Shown piece after piece: positions 9,653 through 18,934 of a stretch of DNA of 64,000 nt. Each line of letters opens with the position of its first letter. Positions within the stretch are counted from its first letter, which is position 1. The notes under the pieces were generated by a model that had not been told where the DNA came from, searched no databases, and saw nothing but the letters and a program-made list of their open reading frames with translations. A program made the translations under genes and the position numbers. Source of the stretch: Gemmatimonadaceae bacterium (lineage in GTDB: Bacteria; Gemmatimonadota; Gemmatimonadetes; Gemmatimonadales; Gemmatimonadaceae); NCBI GenBank assembly GCA_040901985.1, contig JBBDYC010000005.1:69592-133591 (forward strand), in the 5' to 3' direction.

Positions 9653-11958
9653 CCGCCACCCCCCGCCCCGGCGATCCGGTCATCACCCCTGCGTTGGTCG
9701 CCGAGCACGGCCTCACCACCGACGAGTACGACCGCCTGGTCGCGATGCTCGGCCGCACGCCGACCTTCACCGAACTCGGCATCATCTCGGCGCTCTGGAG
9801 CGAGCACTGCTCGTATAAGCACTCACGGCCCGTCCTGAAGACGCTCCCGACCACGGCACCCTGGGTCCTCCAGGGACCGGGCGAGAATGCGGGCGTGATC
9901 AGCATCGGCGACGGCCTGGCGGTGGCCTTCAAGATCGAGTCGCACAACCATCCGTCGGCCGTCGAGCCCTACCAAGGCGCGGCGACCGGCGTCGGCGGCA
10001 TCCTGCGGGACGTCTTTACGATGGGCGCCCGCCCGATCGCGATGCTCAACTCGCTGCGCTTCGGCTCGCTTGAGACGCCGCGCGTACGCTACCTCGTCGC
10101 CGGCGTCGTCAAGGGGATCGGCGACTACGGGAACTGCGTCGGCGTCCCGACCGTTGCCGGCGACGTGATGTTCGACGCCGCGTACGAGGGCAACCCCCTC
10201 GTCAACGCGATGTGCGTCGGCCTCCTCCGCGAGGAGGAACTCATCCGCGCCAAGGCCGAGGGGGTCGGCAATCCGGTCATCGCGGTCGGTGCCCGCACCG
10301 GGCGCGACGGCATCCACGGGGCGTCCTTTGCCTCCGAGGACCTCTCGGCGGAGAACGAGGCCAAGCGCCCGCGCGTACAGGTCGGCGACCCGTTCACCGA
10401 GAAGCTGCTCCTCGAGGCGTCCCTCGAGCTGATCAGGAGCGGCCACATCGTTGCGATCCAGGATATGGGCGCCGCCGGCCTCACGTCGAGCTCCGCCGAG
10501 ATGGCCGAGCGCGGCGACGTCGGCGTGACGATTGACACGACCAAGGTCCCGGTGCGAGAGGAGGGAATGACGCCGTACGAAATCCTCCTCAGCGAATCGC
10601 AGGAACGGATGCTCGTGGTCGCCAAGCGCGGCCGCGACGCGCAGGTGAAGGCGATCCTCGCCAAGTGGGACCTCACCGCCGAGGTCATCGGCGAGGTCAT
10701 CGCCGAGCCGGTCTATCGCGTCACCGAAGGCGATCACGTGGTGGCCGAGTTCCCCGGCACGCGCCTCGTCACCGACTGCCCGCAGTACCACCCGGCGGCC
10801 GTCGAGGGCGCCGACGCCATCGCCCGCCGGCAGCGCGACGTGCACGCGATTCCCGAGTTCCCGGCCGAGCGCGACCCGGCCTGGACGCTCGAACGCCTGT
10901 TGCGCTCGCCGACGATCGCCAGCAAGCTCTGGATCCATCGCCAGTACGACTCCACCGTGCGGACGAGCACCGTGCTCGGACCCGGCGGCGGCGATGCAGC
11001 GGTGCTCCGCATCCGTGGCACGCGCAAGGCGCTCGCCGTGAAAACCGACTGCAACGGACGCTATGTCTTCCTCGACCCACGCGTCGGCGGACGGATCGCG
11101 GTGGCCGAGTCGGCGCGCAACGTCGCCTGCGTCGGCGCCACGCCGCGCGCGATCACCAACTGCCTCAACTTCGGGAATCCGACGAAGCCCGACGTCTTCT
11201 TCCAGTTCCGGGAGGCCGTCCTCGGGATGGGCGACGCCTGCCGCGCCCTCGACACGCCGGTGACCGGCGGCAACGTCTCGCTCTACAACGAGAACCCCCA
11301 GGGCGCGGTCTATCCGACGCCGACGATCGGGATGGTCGGCGTGCTCGAGGACGCGGCGCACGCCACCGGAATGGCGTTCTCCGCACCCGGCGACACCATC
11401 GTGCTGTTCGGCGACAACACCGCCGAGCTCGGCGGCACCGAGTACCTCGCCTGGATCCACGGCGTGGTCGCGGGCGCGCCGCCGGCCTGTGACCTCGAGG
11501 GCGAGCGGCGACTGATCGCCGCGCTCCTCCAGTGCATCCGCGCCGGCCACGTGCGCTCGGCGCACGACTGTTCCGAGGGCGGACTCGCGGTGGCGCTCGC
11601 CGAGAGCTGCGTCGCCGACCGCGCGGCGCTTCGCGGGCTCGACGTGGACCTCTCCGAGTGGCGGGCGCTGCCGCTCCGCGCCCTGCTCTTCGGCGAGGCA
11701 CAGGGACGCGTCGTCCTCTCGGCGGCGGATCCGGCACCGTTGCTGCGGATCGCCAAGACGCATCGTGTGCCGGCGCGTGTGATCGGCCGCGTGACCGGGG
11801 CGCGCGACGGGTTCGCCATCACCACCGGCGGCGCGGCACTCAACGCCTCGGTCGAGCGCCTGGCCGAGGCGTACCACGAGGCCCTGCCCCGCGCGATGTC
11901 GCGCGCCCCGGCCGACGCGGTCACCGCGGAGCCAGCGATGACCGGAGGGCCCGCCTGA
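9649..11958 (+). CDS. purL: FGAM synthase subunit PurL
   Basis: [43 protein letters not shown]. True start is GTG 9649 rather than the ORF-track start 8629. Confidence 0.97.
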   Translation: MTATPRPGDPVITPALVAEHGLTTDEYDRLVAMLGRTPTFTELGIISALWSEHCSYKHSRPVLKTLPTTAPWVLQGPGENAGVISIGDGLAVAFKIESHNHPSAVEPYQGAATGVGGILRDVFTMGARPIAMLNSLRFGSLETPRVRYLVAGVVKGIGDYGNCVGVPTVAGDVMFDAAYEGNPLVNAMCVGLLREEELIRAKAEGVGNPVIAVGARTGRDGIHGASFASEDLSAENEAKRPRVQVGDPFTEKLLLEASLELIRSGHIVAIQDMGAAGLTSSSAEMAERGDVGVTIDTTKVPVREEGMTPYEILLSESQERMLVVAKRGRDAQVKAILAKWDLTAEVIGEVIAEPVYRVTEGDHVVAEFPGTRLVTDCPQYHPAAVEGADAIARRQRDVHAIPEFPAERDPAWTLERLLRSPTIASKLWIHRQYDSTVRTSTVLGPGGGDAAVLRIRGTRKALAVKTDCNGRYVFLDPRVGGRIAVAESARNVACVGATPRAITNCLNFGNPTKPDVFFQFREAVLGMGDACRALDTPVTGGNVSLYNENPQGAVYPTPTIGMVGVLEDAAHATGMAFSAPGDTIVLFGDNTAELGGTEYLAWIHGVVAGAPPACDLEGERRLIAALLQCIRAGHVRSAHDCSEGGLAVALAESCVADRAALRGLDVDLSEWRALPLRALLFGEAQGRVVLSAADPAPLLRIAKTHRVPARVIGRVTGARDGFAITTGGAALNASVERLAEAYHEALPRAMSRAPADAVTAEPAMTGGPA

Positions 11959-13331
11959 TGTGTGGCATCTTCGGCATCAGCGGGCATCCCAATGCCGCCG
12001 CGCTCACCCATCTCGGACTCTACTCGCTCCAGCACCGCGGCCAGGAGTCGGCGGGGATCATCGCCGTCAAGGACGGCGCAGTCAACGCCATCCGCGCAAT
12101 GGGCCTCGTCTCCGACCAGTTCTCCACCGAGCGGATGGAGGCGCTCGCCGGCCCGGTCGCGATGGGACACACGCGCTACTCCACCGCCGGTTCCTCCACC
12201 ATCGAGAACGCCCAACCGGCGCTCGTCCGCTTCAAGGGCGGCCATATCGCCCTGGCGCACAACGGCAACCTGATCAACGCCGTCGAGCTTCGGACGGCCT
12301 TGGAGGACGAGGGCTCGATCTTCAGCTCGAACGCCGACTCCGAGGTCGTGGTGCACCGGCTGGCCAAGTCGAAGGCGGTGACGCCGGAGGAGAAACTCGC
12401 TGAGGCGCTGGAGGGCGTGGAGGGCGCGTACTCACTCCTCGTGATCATCGGCGAGACGCTCGTCGCGGCGCGCGACCCCTTCGGCTGGCGCCCGCTGGTG
12501 ATGGGGCGCCTCAATGGCGCAATCGTCTTTGCCTCGGAGACCTGCGCGCTGGACATCGTCGGCGCGACGGTCGAGCGCGAGGTGCTGCCCGGCGAGATCA
12601 TCGCCGTCGCGCCGGACGGGACGACACGCACGCTCCGTCGCGCGCCGGCCGCCAAGCTGCACCGATGCGTCTTCGAGTACGTGTACTTCGCCCGCCCCGA
12701 CTCCCGCGTCTTCGGCGGGTCGGTGGACCGCGCGCGCCGCGCGCTCGGCCGACAACTGGCGCTCGAACACCCGGCGCCGGGCGCCGACCTCGTCTTTGCC
12801 GTCCCCGACTCGTCCAACTCGGCGGCCCTCGGCTTTGCCGAGGCCAGCGGACTCCCCTATGAGTTGGCGTTGATCCGCAATCACTATGTGGGCCGCACGT
12901 TCATCCAGCCCACGCAGGAGGGTCGCGACGCGAAGGTCAAGGTCAAGTACAACCCGGTCCGCGAGATCGTGGCCGGACGGTCGGTCGTGATGGTGGACGA
13001 CTCGATCGTCCGCGGCACGACCACGCGCGGACTGGTCGCGCTCGTTCGCGCCGCCGGCGCGCGCGAGGTCCATCTGCGCATCTCGTCGCCCCCGATCACC
13101 GGGCCCTGTTACTACGGCATTGACACACCGGATCGCAGCCAGCTGATTGCCGCGAACCTCAGTGTGGCCAAGATTGCCGATCAGTTGGCGGTGGATTCGA
13201 TCGGCTATCTCTCGCTCGACGGGATGCTGGGCGCGGTGCCGAACGGGCCGGACGGATTCTGCCACGCCTGCTTCTCCGGCCAGTACCCGACGAAGCCCCC
13301 CGCCGGACCCGCGCAGTTGCGGCGCGCCTAG
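11958..13331 (+). CDS. purF: Amidophosphoribosyltransferase
   Basis: N-terminal MCGIFG nucleophile, LQHRGQES, GHTRYST, VDDSIVRGTT, PCYYGID, C..CF. Confidence 0.97.
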   Translation: MCGIFGISGHPNAAALTHLGLYSLQHRGQESAGIIAVKDGAVNAIRAMGLVSDQFSTERMEALAGPVAMGHTRYSTAGSSTIENAQPALVRFKGGHIALAHNGNLINAVELRTALEDEGSIFSSNADSEVVVHRLAKSKAVTPEEKLAEALEGVEGAYSLLVIIGETLVAARDPFGWRPLVMGRLNGAIVFASETCALDIVGATVEREVLPGEIIAVAPDGTTRTLRRAPAAKLHRCVFEYVYFARPDSRVFGGSVDRARRALGRQLALEHPAPGADLVFAVPDSSNSAALGFAEASGLPYELALIRNHYVGRTFIQPTQEGRDAKVKVKYNPVREIVAGRSVVMVDDSIVRGTTTRGLVALVRAAGAREVHLRISSPPITGPCYYGIDTPDRSQLIAANLSVAKIADQLAVDSIGYLSLDGMLGAVPNGPDGFCHACFSGQYPTKPPAGPAQLRRA

Positions 13332-13335
13332 GGCG

Positions 13336-13719
13336 ATGCGCAAGCCCGTCCATAGCCCCGACGCGCCCGCGGCAATTGGACCGTACTCGCAGGCCGTCTG
13401 GTCGGGCGACGAACTCCTCTGCTCGGGCCAGACGCCGATTGACCCGGGGAGCGGGCGGCTCATTGTCGGCGATGTCGCGGCGCAGACGAACCAAGTCTTT
13501 GACAACCTGGGGGCCGTGTTGCGCGAGGCCGGGCTGACGATGGACGACGTCATCAAGTGCAACGTCTATTTGACGGACATGCGCGATTTTCCGGCGATGA
13601 ATGCCGCATACGAGGCGCGGTTCGCCGCGCCCTACCCTGCGCGCACGACGGTCGCGGTCGCCGGGCTTCCCCTCGGCGCGCGAGTGGAGATCGAGCTCGT
13701 TGCGCGTCGGCCCCGCTGA
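13336..13719 (+). CDS. ridA: RidA/YjgF family reactive imine deaminase
   Basis: APAAIGPYSQA, SGQ, F.AMN..Y, PARTTV, VEIE. Confidence 0.92.
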   Translation: MRKPVHSPDAPAAIGPYSQAVWSGDELLCSGQTPIDPGSGRLIVGDVAAQTNQVFDNLGAVLREAGLTMDDVIKCNVYLTDMRDFPAMNAAYEARFAAPYPARTTVAVAGLPLGARVEIELVARRPR

Positions 13720-13731
13720 CCAAGGACGCGC

Positions 13732-14931
13732 GTGAGCCCCGACGCCGGTGCGTCATCGGCGCGGGAGGTCGTCACCGCATTCGCGCAGCTCGGGCTCACC
13801 GGTTTCGGCGGACCGATCGCCCACGTGGGCCATTTCCATCGCGAGTTCGTCCAGCGTCGCCGCTGGCTCGACGACGCGGAGTTCGCCAACCTCGTGGCCC
13901 TCTGTCAGTCGCTGCCCGGACCGGCGAGCAGTCAACTCGGGTTCGCCATCGGCCTGCGGCGCGCCGGATGGCCCGGCGCGCTCGGGGCGTTCGTCGCGTT
14001 CACCCTGCCGTCGGCGCTCCTCCTGCTGGCGCTCGCGGCCGGCGCGTCGTGGATGGACCGGGGTGTCGGGCCGATGCTGTCGCACGGGCTCAAGCTCGTG
14101 GCCGTCGCGATCGTGGCGCACGGCGTGCTGCAACTCGCCCGACGCCTGACCCCCGATGCCCGTCGCGGCGCGATTGCAGTCGTCGGCCTCGCCGCGATGG
14201 TGTTCGTGGGCAGCGCCTGGATGCAGGTGGCCGTGATCGCGGCGGGGGCGCTGGTCGGAGTGGTGTTGCTGCGCGACGCGCCGCCGCTCGCCGGTCGGTC
14301 GGGGCCGGCGTCCGTGAGCCGCCGGGCGGCTTGGGTGGCGCTGATCGCCTTTGGGGTCGGGACCGGCGCGGCCGTGGCGTGGGCGTCGGCCGATCCGGGA
14401 ATCGCGAGCGTGTTCGCAGCCTTCTGGCGAGCCGGCTCGCTGGTCTTTGGCGGGGGCCACGTCGTCCTCCCGCTCCTCGAGGAATCGCTCGTCGGTAGCG
14501 GGTGGATCACGCCCGAGCGCTTCCTGACCGCGTACGGCGCCGCCCAGGCGATTCCCGGCCCGATGTTCTCGGTGGCGGCGTTCTTTGGCGCCGACGCCGC
14601 CGTCGGGGTCCCGCCGGCGGTCGGGGCGCTCGTCGCCACACTGGCGGTCTTTGCGCCGGGATTCCTGTTGTTCGTCGCCGTGCTTCCGGCCTGGGACCGG
14701 TTCGCAACGTCGGCAGGCGCCTCCCGTGCGGTGGCCGGCATCGGGGCGGCCGTCGTCGGGCTCCTCGGCGCCGCATTCGTGGACCCCGTCCTGTCGAGCG
14801 GAATCACCGGCGTGACCGATGCCGTGATTGCCGCCACTGGGTTCGCGTTGCTCGTCCGTGACCGGGCGACCCCCTGGGTCGTGGCGTGGTGCGTTGCGGC
14901 GGCGGCCCTCGCCGGCCTGATCGGCATCTGA
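13732..14931 (+). CDS. chrA: Chromate efflux transporter (long-chain CHR family)
   Basis: FGGPIAH, LCQSLPGPASSQ, second repeat FGGGHVVLP, AQAIPGPMF; highly hydrophobic. Confidence 0.92.
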   Translation: MSPDAGASSAREVVTAFAQLGLTGFGGPIAHVGHFHREFVQRRRWLDDAEFANLVALCQSLPGPASSQLGFAIGLRRAGWPGALGAFVAFTLPSALLLLALAAGASWMDRGVGPMLSHGLKLVAVAIVAHGVLQLARRLTPDARRGAIAVVGLAAMVFVGSAWMQVAVIAAGALVGVVLLRDAPPLAGRSGPASVSRRAAWVALIAFGVGTGAAVAWASADPGIASVFAAFWRAGSLVFGGGHVVLPLLEESLVGSGWITPERFLTAYGAAQAIPGPMFSVAAFFGADAAVGVPPAVGALVATLAVFAPGFLLFVAVLPAWDRFATSAGASRAVAGIGAAVVGLLGAAFVDPVLSSGITGVTDAVIAATGFALLVRDRATPWVVAWCVAAAALAGLIGI

Positions 14932-14965
14932 CCGTTGGCGTGCTTGGCATCTGACCGTCGGCGTG
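14923..14965 (+). repeat. 20-bp direct repeat (1 mismatch) at the chrA stop
   Basis: GGCATCTGACCGTTGGCGTG (14923-14942) and GGCATCTGACCGTCGGCGTG (14946-14965). Confidence 0.85.
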
Positions 14966-14976
14966 GCGGGGGGGGG

Positions 14977-15008
14977 TTGCGTTAATCAACATTTCTTGAT
15001 ATGTTGAT
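14977..15008 (+). promoter_or_regulatory. ars promoter with overlapping ArsR operator
   Basis: TTGCGT-N17-TATGTT; ATCAA-N6-TTGAT (14985-15000) and ATCAACAT-N8-ATGTTGAT (14985-15008) inverted repeats. Confidence 0.75.
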
Positions 15009-15010
15009 GT

Positions 15011-15349
15011 ATGGTCACTTCGACGGCAGCCCTCGATCTGAGCCTCTCGCGGCACGCGGCGATCTTTCACGCCCTCAGCGATCCGCGACGGCTCCGCATC
15101 CTCGACCTCCTCCGCTCCGGCGAGCAGTGCGTCTGCGACCTGCAGGCTGACCTCGACTGCGGCCAGTCGCTGCTCTCGTTCCATCTCAAGACCCTCCGCG
15201 ACTCCGGCTTGGTCTCGTTGCGCAAGGAGGGGCGCTGGTCGCACTACGCCATCGTCCCCGACGCGCTCGTCCACGCCGAGCAGGCGGTCGCCGCGTATCG
15301 TGTGCCCAGCCAGCAGCGGCGCCGGCTTCCGGTGGCCTGCTGCGCCTGA
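15011..15349 (+). CDS. arsR: ArsR/SmtB family As(III)-responsive repressor
   Basis: F.ALSDP.RL.IL..L..GE.CVCDL, QS.LSFHLK.L, EGRW; C-terminal CC; upstream of arsM. Confidence 0.92.
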   Translation: MVTSTAALDLSLSRHAAIFHALSDPRRLRILDLLRSGEQCVCDLQADLDCGQSLLSFHLKTLRDSGLVSLRKEGRWSHYAIVPDALVHAEQAVAAYRVPSQQRRRLPVACCA

Positions 15350-15411
15350 CCTTCCACTGAACCCGTTCGGCCGTCGTTTCACTCATCCCCAACCCATCAA
15401 GGAAACTCGAT

Positions 15412-16332
15412 ATGTCGCCTTCGCTCGCCTCCTCGTCCCCCGCCAAGACGCAGAACACGCCGTGCTGTGGACCCGACTGTTGCGGCAATGACGCCGCCGC
15501 CACCGCCGCCGACGTCCACGCGGTCGTCCGAGCCCGTTACGGCGCCACCGCCGCCGCCTTTGCCAGCGGCCAGACCTCCTCCTGTGGCTGCGGTGGCGGC
15601 TGCGGTCCGGGCGACGGCAAGGACCCGATCACCACCGACCTCTACGATGCCGCTGAGGTCCAGGGCATCCCGGCCTCGGCGGTGCTCGCGTCGCTGGGAT
15701 GCGGCAACCCGACGGCGCTCGCGGCACTCGGCGAAGGCGAGACCGTCCTCGACCTCGGCTCGGGCGGCGGCATTGACGTCCTCCTCTCCGCCCAGCGTGT
15801 CGGGCCCACCGGGTTCGTCTATGGGCTCGATATGACCGACGAGATGCTCGACCTCGCACGGCGCAACGCCGCGGCGGCGGCGGTCAAGAACGTCGCCTTC
15901 CTGAAGGGCCAGATCGAGCAGATCCCCCTCCCCGACAACTCCGTGGACGTGATCATCTCGAATTGCGTGATCAACCTCGCCGTGGACAAGCCGCAGGTCC
16001 TCCGTGAGGCGTTCCGGGTGCTGAAGCCGGGCGGTCGCTTCGCGGTCAGCGACGTCGTCGTCCGCGGCGAGATGCCGGTCGACGTCCGCAAGTCCATGGA
16101 GCTCTGGGTCGGGTGCATCGCCGGGGCGCTCGAGGAGCAGGAGTTTCTGCGCCTGCTCTCGGAGGTCGGCTTCCTCAGTCCGTCAATCGAGCCGACCCGC
16201 GTCTACCAGGCGGAAGACGCGCGCGCCTTCCTGAAGGACGCGGGACTCGACGCCGACCGGGTATCGTCCGACATTGATGGGGCATTCTGCTCCGCCTTTG
16301 TCCGCGCCATCAAGCCGGGAACCCCCAGGTGA
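15412..16332 (+). CDS. arsM: Arsenite S-adenosylmethionine methyltransferase
   Basis: SLGCGNP, VLDLGSGGGID, GLDMTDEM, ISNCVINL, WVGCIAGAL (conserved ArsM cysteines). Confidence 0.93.
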   Translation: MSPSLASSSPAKTQNTPCCGPDCCGNDAAATAADVHAVVRARYGATAAAFASGQTSSCGCGGGCGPGDGKDPITTDLYDAAEVQGIPASAVLASLGCGNPTALAALGEGETVLDLGSGGGIDVLLSAQRVGPTGFVYGLDMTDEMLDLARRNAAAAAVKNVAFLKGQIEQIPLPDNSVDVIISNCVINLAVDKPQVLREAFRVLKPGGRFAVSDVVVRGEMPVDVRKSMELWVGCIAGALEEQEFLRLLSEVGFLSPSIEPTRVYQAEDARAFLKDAGLDADRVSSDIDGAFCSAFVRAIKPGTPR

Positions 16333-16781
16333 TCAACGTGTCCACGACCGACATTCCGATCCGTCCCGCCACGGCGGCGGACGGTCCGGCGGTGCGAGCC
16401 CTGCTGCTGGGCGCGTCGTTGCCTCTCGACGGCGTGCCCGACGACGTGGCAAACTTCATTGTCGCCGAGCGCGGCGGCCAGGTCGTGGGCGCAATCGGAC
16501 TTGAGCGCCACGGCGCGGTCGGCCTGCTGCGGTCGGCCGTCGTCTCGCCCAGCGCCCGCGGCACCGGGATCGGCGAGGCGCTTGTCCGCGCGCTGCTCGC
16601 ACAGGCACGCACCGACGCCATCACCGAGCTCGTGCTCCTGACGACGACTGCCGACCGGTGGTTCCCCCGCTTCGGCTTCGCGCCAATTGCGCGTCACGAC
16701 GTGCCCGCGGCGCTCGGCGCGTCGGCCGAGTTGCGCGGCGCCTGCCCGGCCAGCGCCGTGGTGATGCGCCGGACGCTCTAG
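16329..16781 (+). CDS. arsN2: Arsenic-resistance-associated GNAT N-acetyltransferase (ArsN2 type)
   Basis: LLRS.VV, RGTGIG AcCoA motif, LLTTTA..F.RFGF, C-terminal CPASAVVM. Confidence 0.85.
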   Translation: MINVSTTDIPIRPATAADGPAVRALLLGASLPLDGVPDDVANFIVAERGGQVVGAIGLERHGAVGLLRSAVVSPSARGTGIGEALVRALLAQARTDAITELVLLTTTADRWFPRFGFAPIARHDVPAALGASAELRGACPASAVVMRRTL

Positions 16782-16783
16782 AC

Positions 16784-16819
16784 GTGAAAAGGGGCCGCCC
16801 GAACGGGCGGCCCTTTCAC
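16784..16819. terminator. Bidirectional intrinsic terminator between the ars operon and tmRNA
   Basis: GTGAAAAG-GGGCCGCCC-GAAC-GGGCGGCCC-TTTCAC: 9-bp GC stem with T-tracts on both strands. Confidence 0.85.
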
Positions 16820-16853
16820 ACGCTTCACCTTTCGCCTTGCGCCAGCCGTTCAG

Positions 16854-17211
16854 TGGAGGCGGGGAGATTCGAACTCCCGTCTTGCACAAGATCTTCCGCA
16901 GCGTCTACGCGTGTGTCCTGTCGCTTGATGTTTCCGGACGCTGGCCGACAGGCCGCCCACATCCGGATGAGCCCACTGGAGTCTCAGCCGCCGGCGGTGA
17001 GCGCGCCCTTGGCCTATCCCGGATTTGCGTTACTTGAGCGCCGCCCCGGGAGGGCTGCCTCTCAAGCACTGCCACAGCAAGACTTACGTCTTACGCGGCG
17101 AGAGCGAAGTTTTGGTTCGCAGTTGGATCGTTCCCGAGTGTTTTACCAGGGACCCGAGGACCTGGACGCGCAGCCACGAGGTCACCCACACAATCGAAAC
17201 CAGTCGCCCCC
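16854..17211 (-). ncRNA. ssrA: tmRNA (transfer-messenger RNA)
   Basis: 5' GGGGGCGACTGGTTTCGA; 3' GACGGGAGTTCGAATCTCCCCGCCTCCA with T-arm and G3.U70 Ala identity pair; internal tag ORF ANQNFALAA* at 17120-17091; length 358 nt. Confidence 0.96.
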
Positions 17212-17225
17212 GTCTGCTACTCCGG

Positions 17226-17254
17226 ATACTACCCGGTCCGACGCCGTCTGGCAA
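17226..17254 (-). promoter_or_regulatory. Putative ssrA promoter
   Basis: Minus strand TTGCCA-N17-TAGTAT just upstream of the mature 5' end. Confidence 0.65.
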
Positions 17255-17268
17255 TCACCCGGCGCCGA

Positions 17269-18927
17269 TCACGCCGACCAGGTGCCGTCGGCCGTCGCCA
17301 GCTCCACGCGGTTCCGGCCGGCGTGCTTGGCGGCGTAGAGCGCCCGGTCGGCGCGGTCGAAGAGGCGGGACGAGGTGCCCGAGCGCGCGGCATACATCGC
17401 GATGCCGAAGCTGACGGTCACGCCGATGCTGCCGGCCGCGGTCCGCACCTGGAGCGCCTCGATGCGCCTGCGGAGCCGTTCGGCGACCTCGAGCGCGCCG
17501 GCGGAGTCCGTCTGCGGGAGGAGGAGCGCAAACTCCTCGCCACCGATGCGCGCGACGAAGTCCACGTTGCGCCGTTCCGCTGCAAGTGCCCGGGTGACGG
17601 CAATCAGCACGGCGTCCCCCGACTCGTGGCCGTACGTGTCATTGACCTTCTTGAAAAAATCAATGTCCGCGACGACGAGCGCCGATTCGCCGCCGTAGCG
17701 GTCGGTCTCCTCGACCATCTTGTGGAATTTCTCGTCGAAGTGGCGTCGGTTGGGCAAGCTGGTGAGCTGGTCCGTCCGGGCCCGCTCCGTGGCATCGTGG
17801 ACCGCCCACGCGGTATCGAGCGCCCCTGCCGCCACGACGCCAAGCTGGCTCAGCCTCGTCGCGTCGCTCTGCCCCAAGGCACCTGCCTCGGAGTGCCCGC
17901 ACAGGAGGGCGCCGATCGTGGACTCGCCCTCGCCTCGGCGGAGCGCCACCACGACGAGCGACCCGGTCCCGTCCGGCAGCGGCGAATCGTCGAAGACGGG
18001 ATCCTGCAGCCCCAGCAATGCCCGGGTATCTGAAATCGTGCGGGGCTCACCCGTCAAGCAGACGTCGCCGACGATTGACGATTGGCGGGCGGTGCCACGA
18101 ACCCAAAACTGAGGCGCCCCGTCCGTCAGCTCGCGCGCCTCGCCGACGCTCGTCCGCGCATCCCACCGGACGACGATTGCCCACTCGGCACCGGCGACCC
18201 GGAGCGCGTCCTCGGCGAAGCGGCGCTCGAGCGCCAGCGGGTCGCGGCTGCCTTGCAACCGCATCGCCGTCCTCATCATCGCCCGCAACTTGCGGTTGCT
18301 GCGCGAGAGCTCGGTGCGCACGCGAATCAGTTCGCTCAGCATGCCGATGGCGTCGGCGTGGCGATGCAGCAGACCGCGGAGCACGGCCGGGTCGCCGGGC
18401 GCCACGTCGCTGAAGTGCGCGGTCAAGGCGCCGCTACCTTGGGTGAGCCGCACCAAGGCCAGCAACAAACGCGGATCGCCGGACTGGCGTTCACCCTCCC
18501 CGGCGATGCCGTCGAGCAGGGTGTCGAGGCGGGCGCGTTCGGCGGCGGCAAGGACCGGCGGGTCGGTGCCGCGCGCGCACGCGACGGCCTCGATTTCGTC
18601 CGCGATCCGTGGCCCCCGGCGCCAGAGCACGCACTGCGCCGCCCCGAGATGGTCGGCGGTCATCGCCAGGGCGGTGGCGACCGTCCGATGGTCCTCCCGC
18701 TCGTAGTCCTCCGGAATCGGCTGCTCGTCCGCCCGGAAGGCATCGAACAGGTCGTCACGCTCCTGCGGAGCGGGCGCGACCGCCGGCGAGCCGCGGGCGA
18801 ATGGACTGGCCGCCACAGCGGCGCGCGCGCGCGCCGCCTCGAGCTGGCGGCGTGCCCCGAGGAAACCACGGAGCCACCACCACCCAGCCACCGCAAGCGC
18901 GAGGACCCCCAAGGTCCAGACGATCAC
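17269..18927 (-). CDS. Membrane-anchored GAF + GGDEF diguanylate cyclase
   Basis: N-terminal TM helix, GAF-like regions, TDQLT.LPNRR, DIDFFKKVNDTYGH, RNVD I-site followed by RIGGEEF. Start GTG 18927 inferred. Confidence 0.9.
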   Translation of the reverse strand: MIVWTLGVLALAVAGWWWLRGFLGARRQLEAARARAAVAASPFARGSPAVAPAPQERDDLFDAFRADEQPIPEDYEREDHRTVATALAMTADHLGAAQCVLWRRGPRIADEIEAVACARGTDPPVLAAAERARLDTLLDGIAGEGERQSGDPRLLLALVRLTQGSGALTAHFSDVAPGDPAVLRGLLHRHADAIGMLSELIRVRTELSRSNRKLRAMMRTAMRLQGSRDPLALERRFAEDALRVAGAEWAIVVRWDARTSVGEARELTDGAPQFWVRGTARQSSIVGDVCLTGEPRTISDTRALLGLQDPVFDDSPLPDGTGSLVVVALRRGEGESTIGALLCGHSEAGALGQSDATRLSQLGVVAAGALDTAWAVHDATERARTDQLTSLPNRRHFDEKFHKMVEETDRYGGESALVVADIDFFKKVNDTYGHESGDAVLIAVTRALAAERRNVDFVARIGGEEFALLLPQTDSAGALEVAERLRRRIEALQVRTAAGSIGVTVSFGIAMYAARSGTSSRLFDRADRALYAAKHAGRNRVELATADGTWSA

Positions 18928-18934
18928 GGTCGCC

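Noticed and set aside
13720..16853. Integrative element at ssrA with att duplication
   Set aside because: No integrase and no convincing second copy of the ssrA 3' end found by eye; kept only as a possible old island.
16854..16890. tRNA-like T-arm and acceptor end
   Set aside because: It is the tRNA-like domain of tmRNA, whose 5' half lies about 350 nt away.
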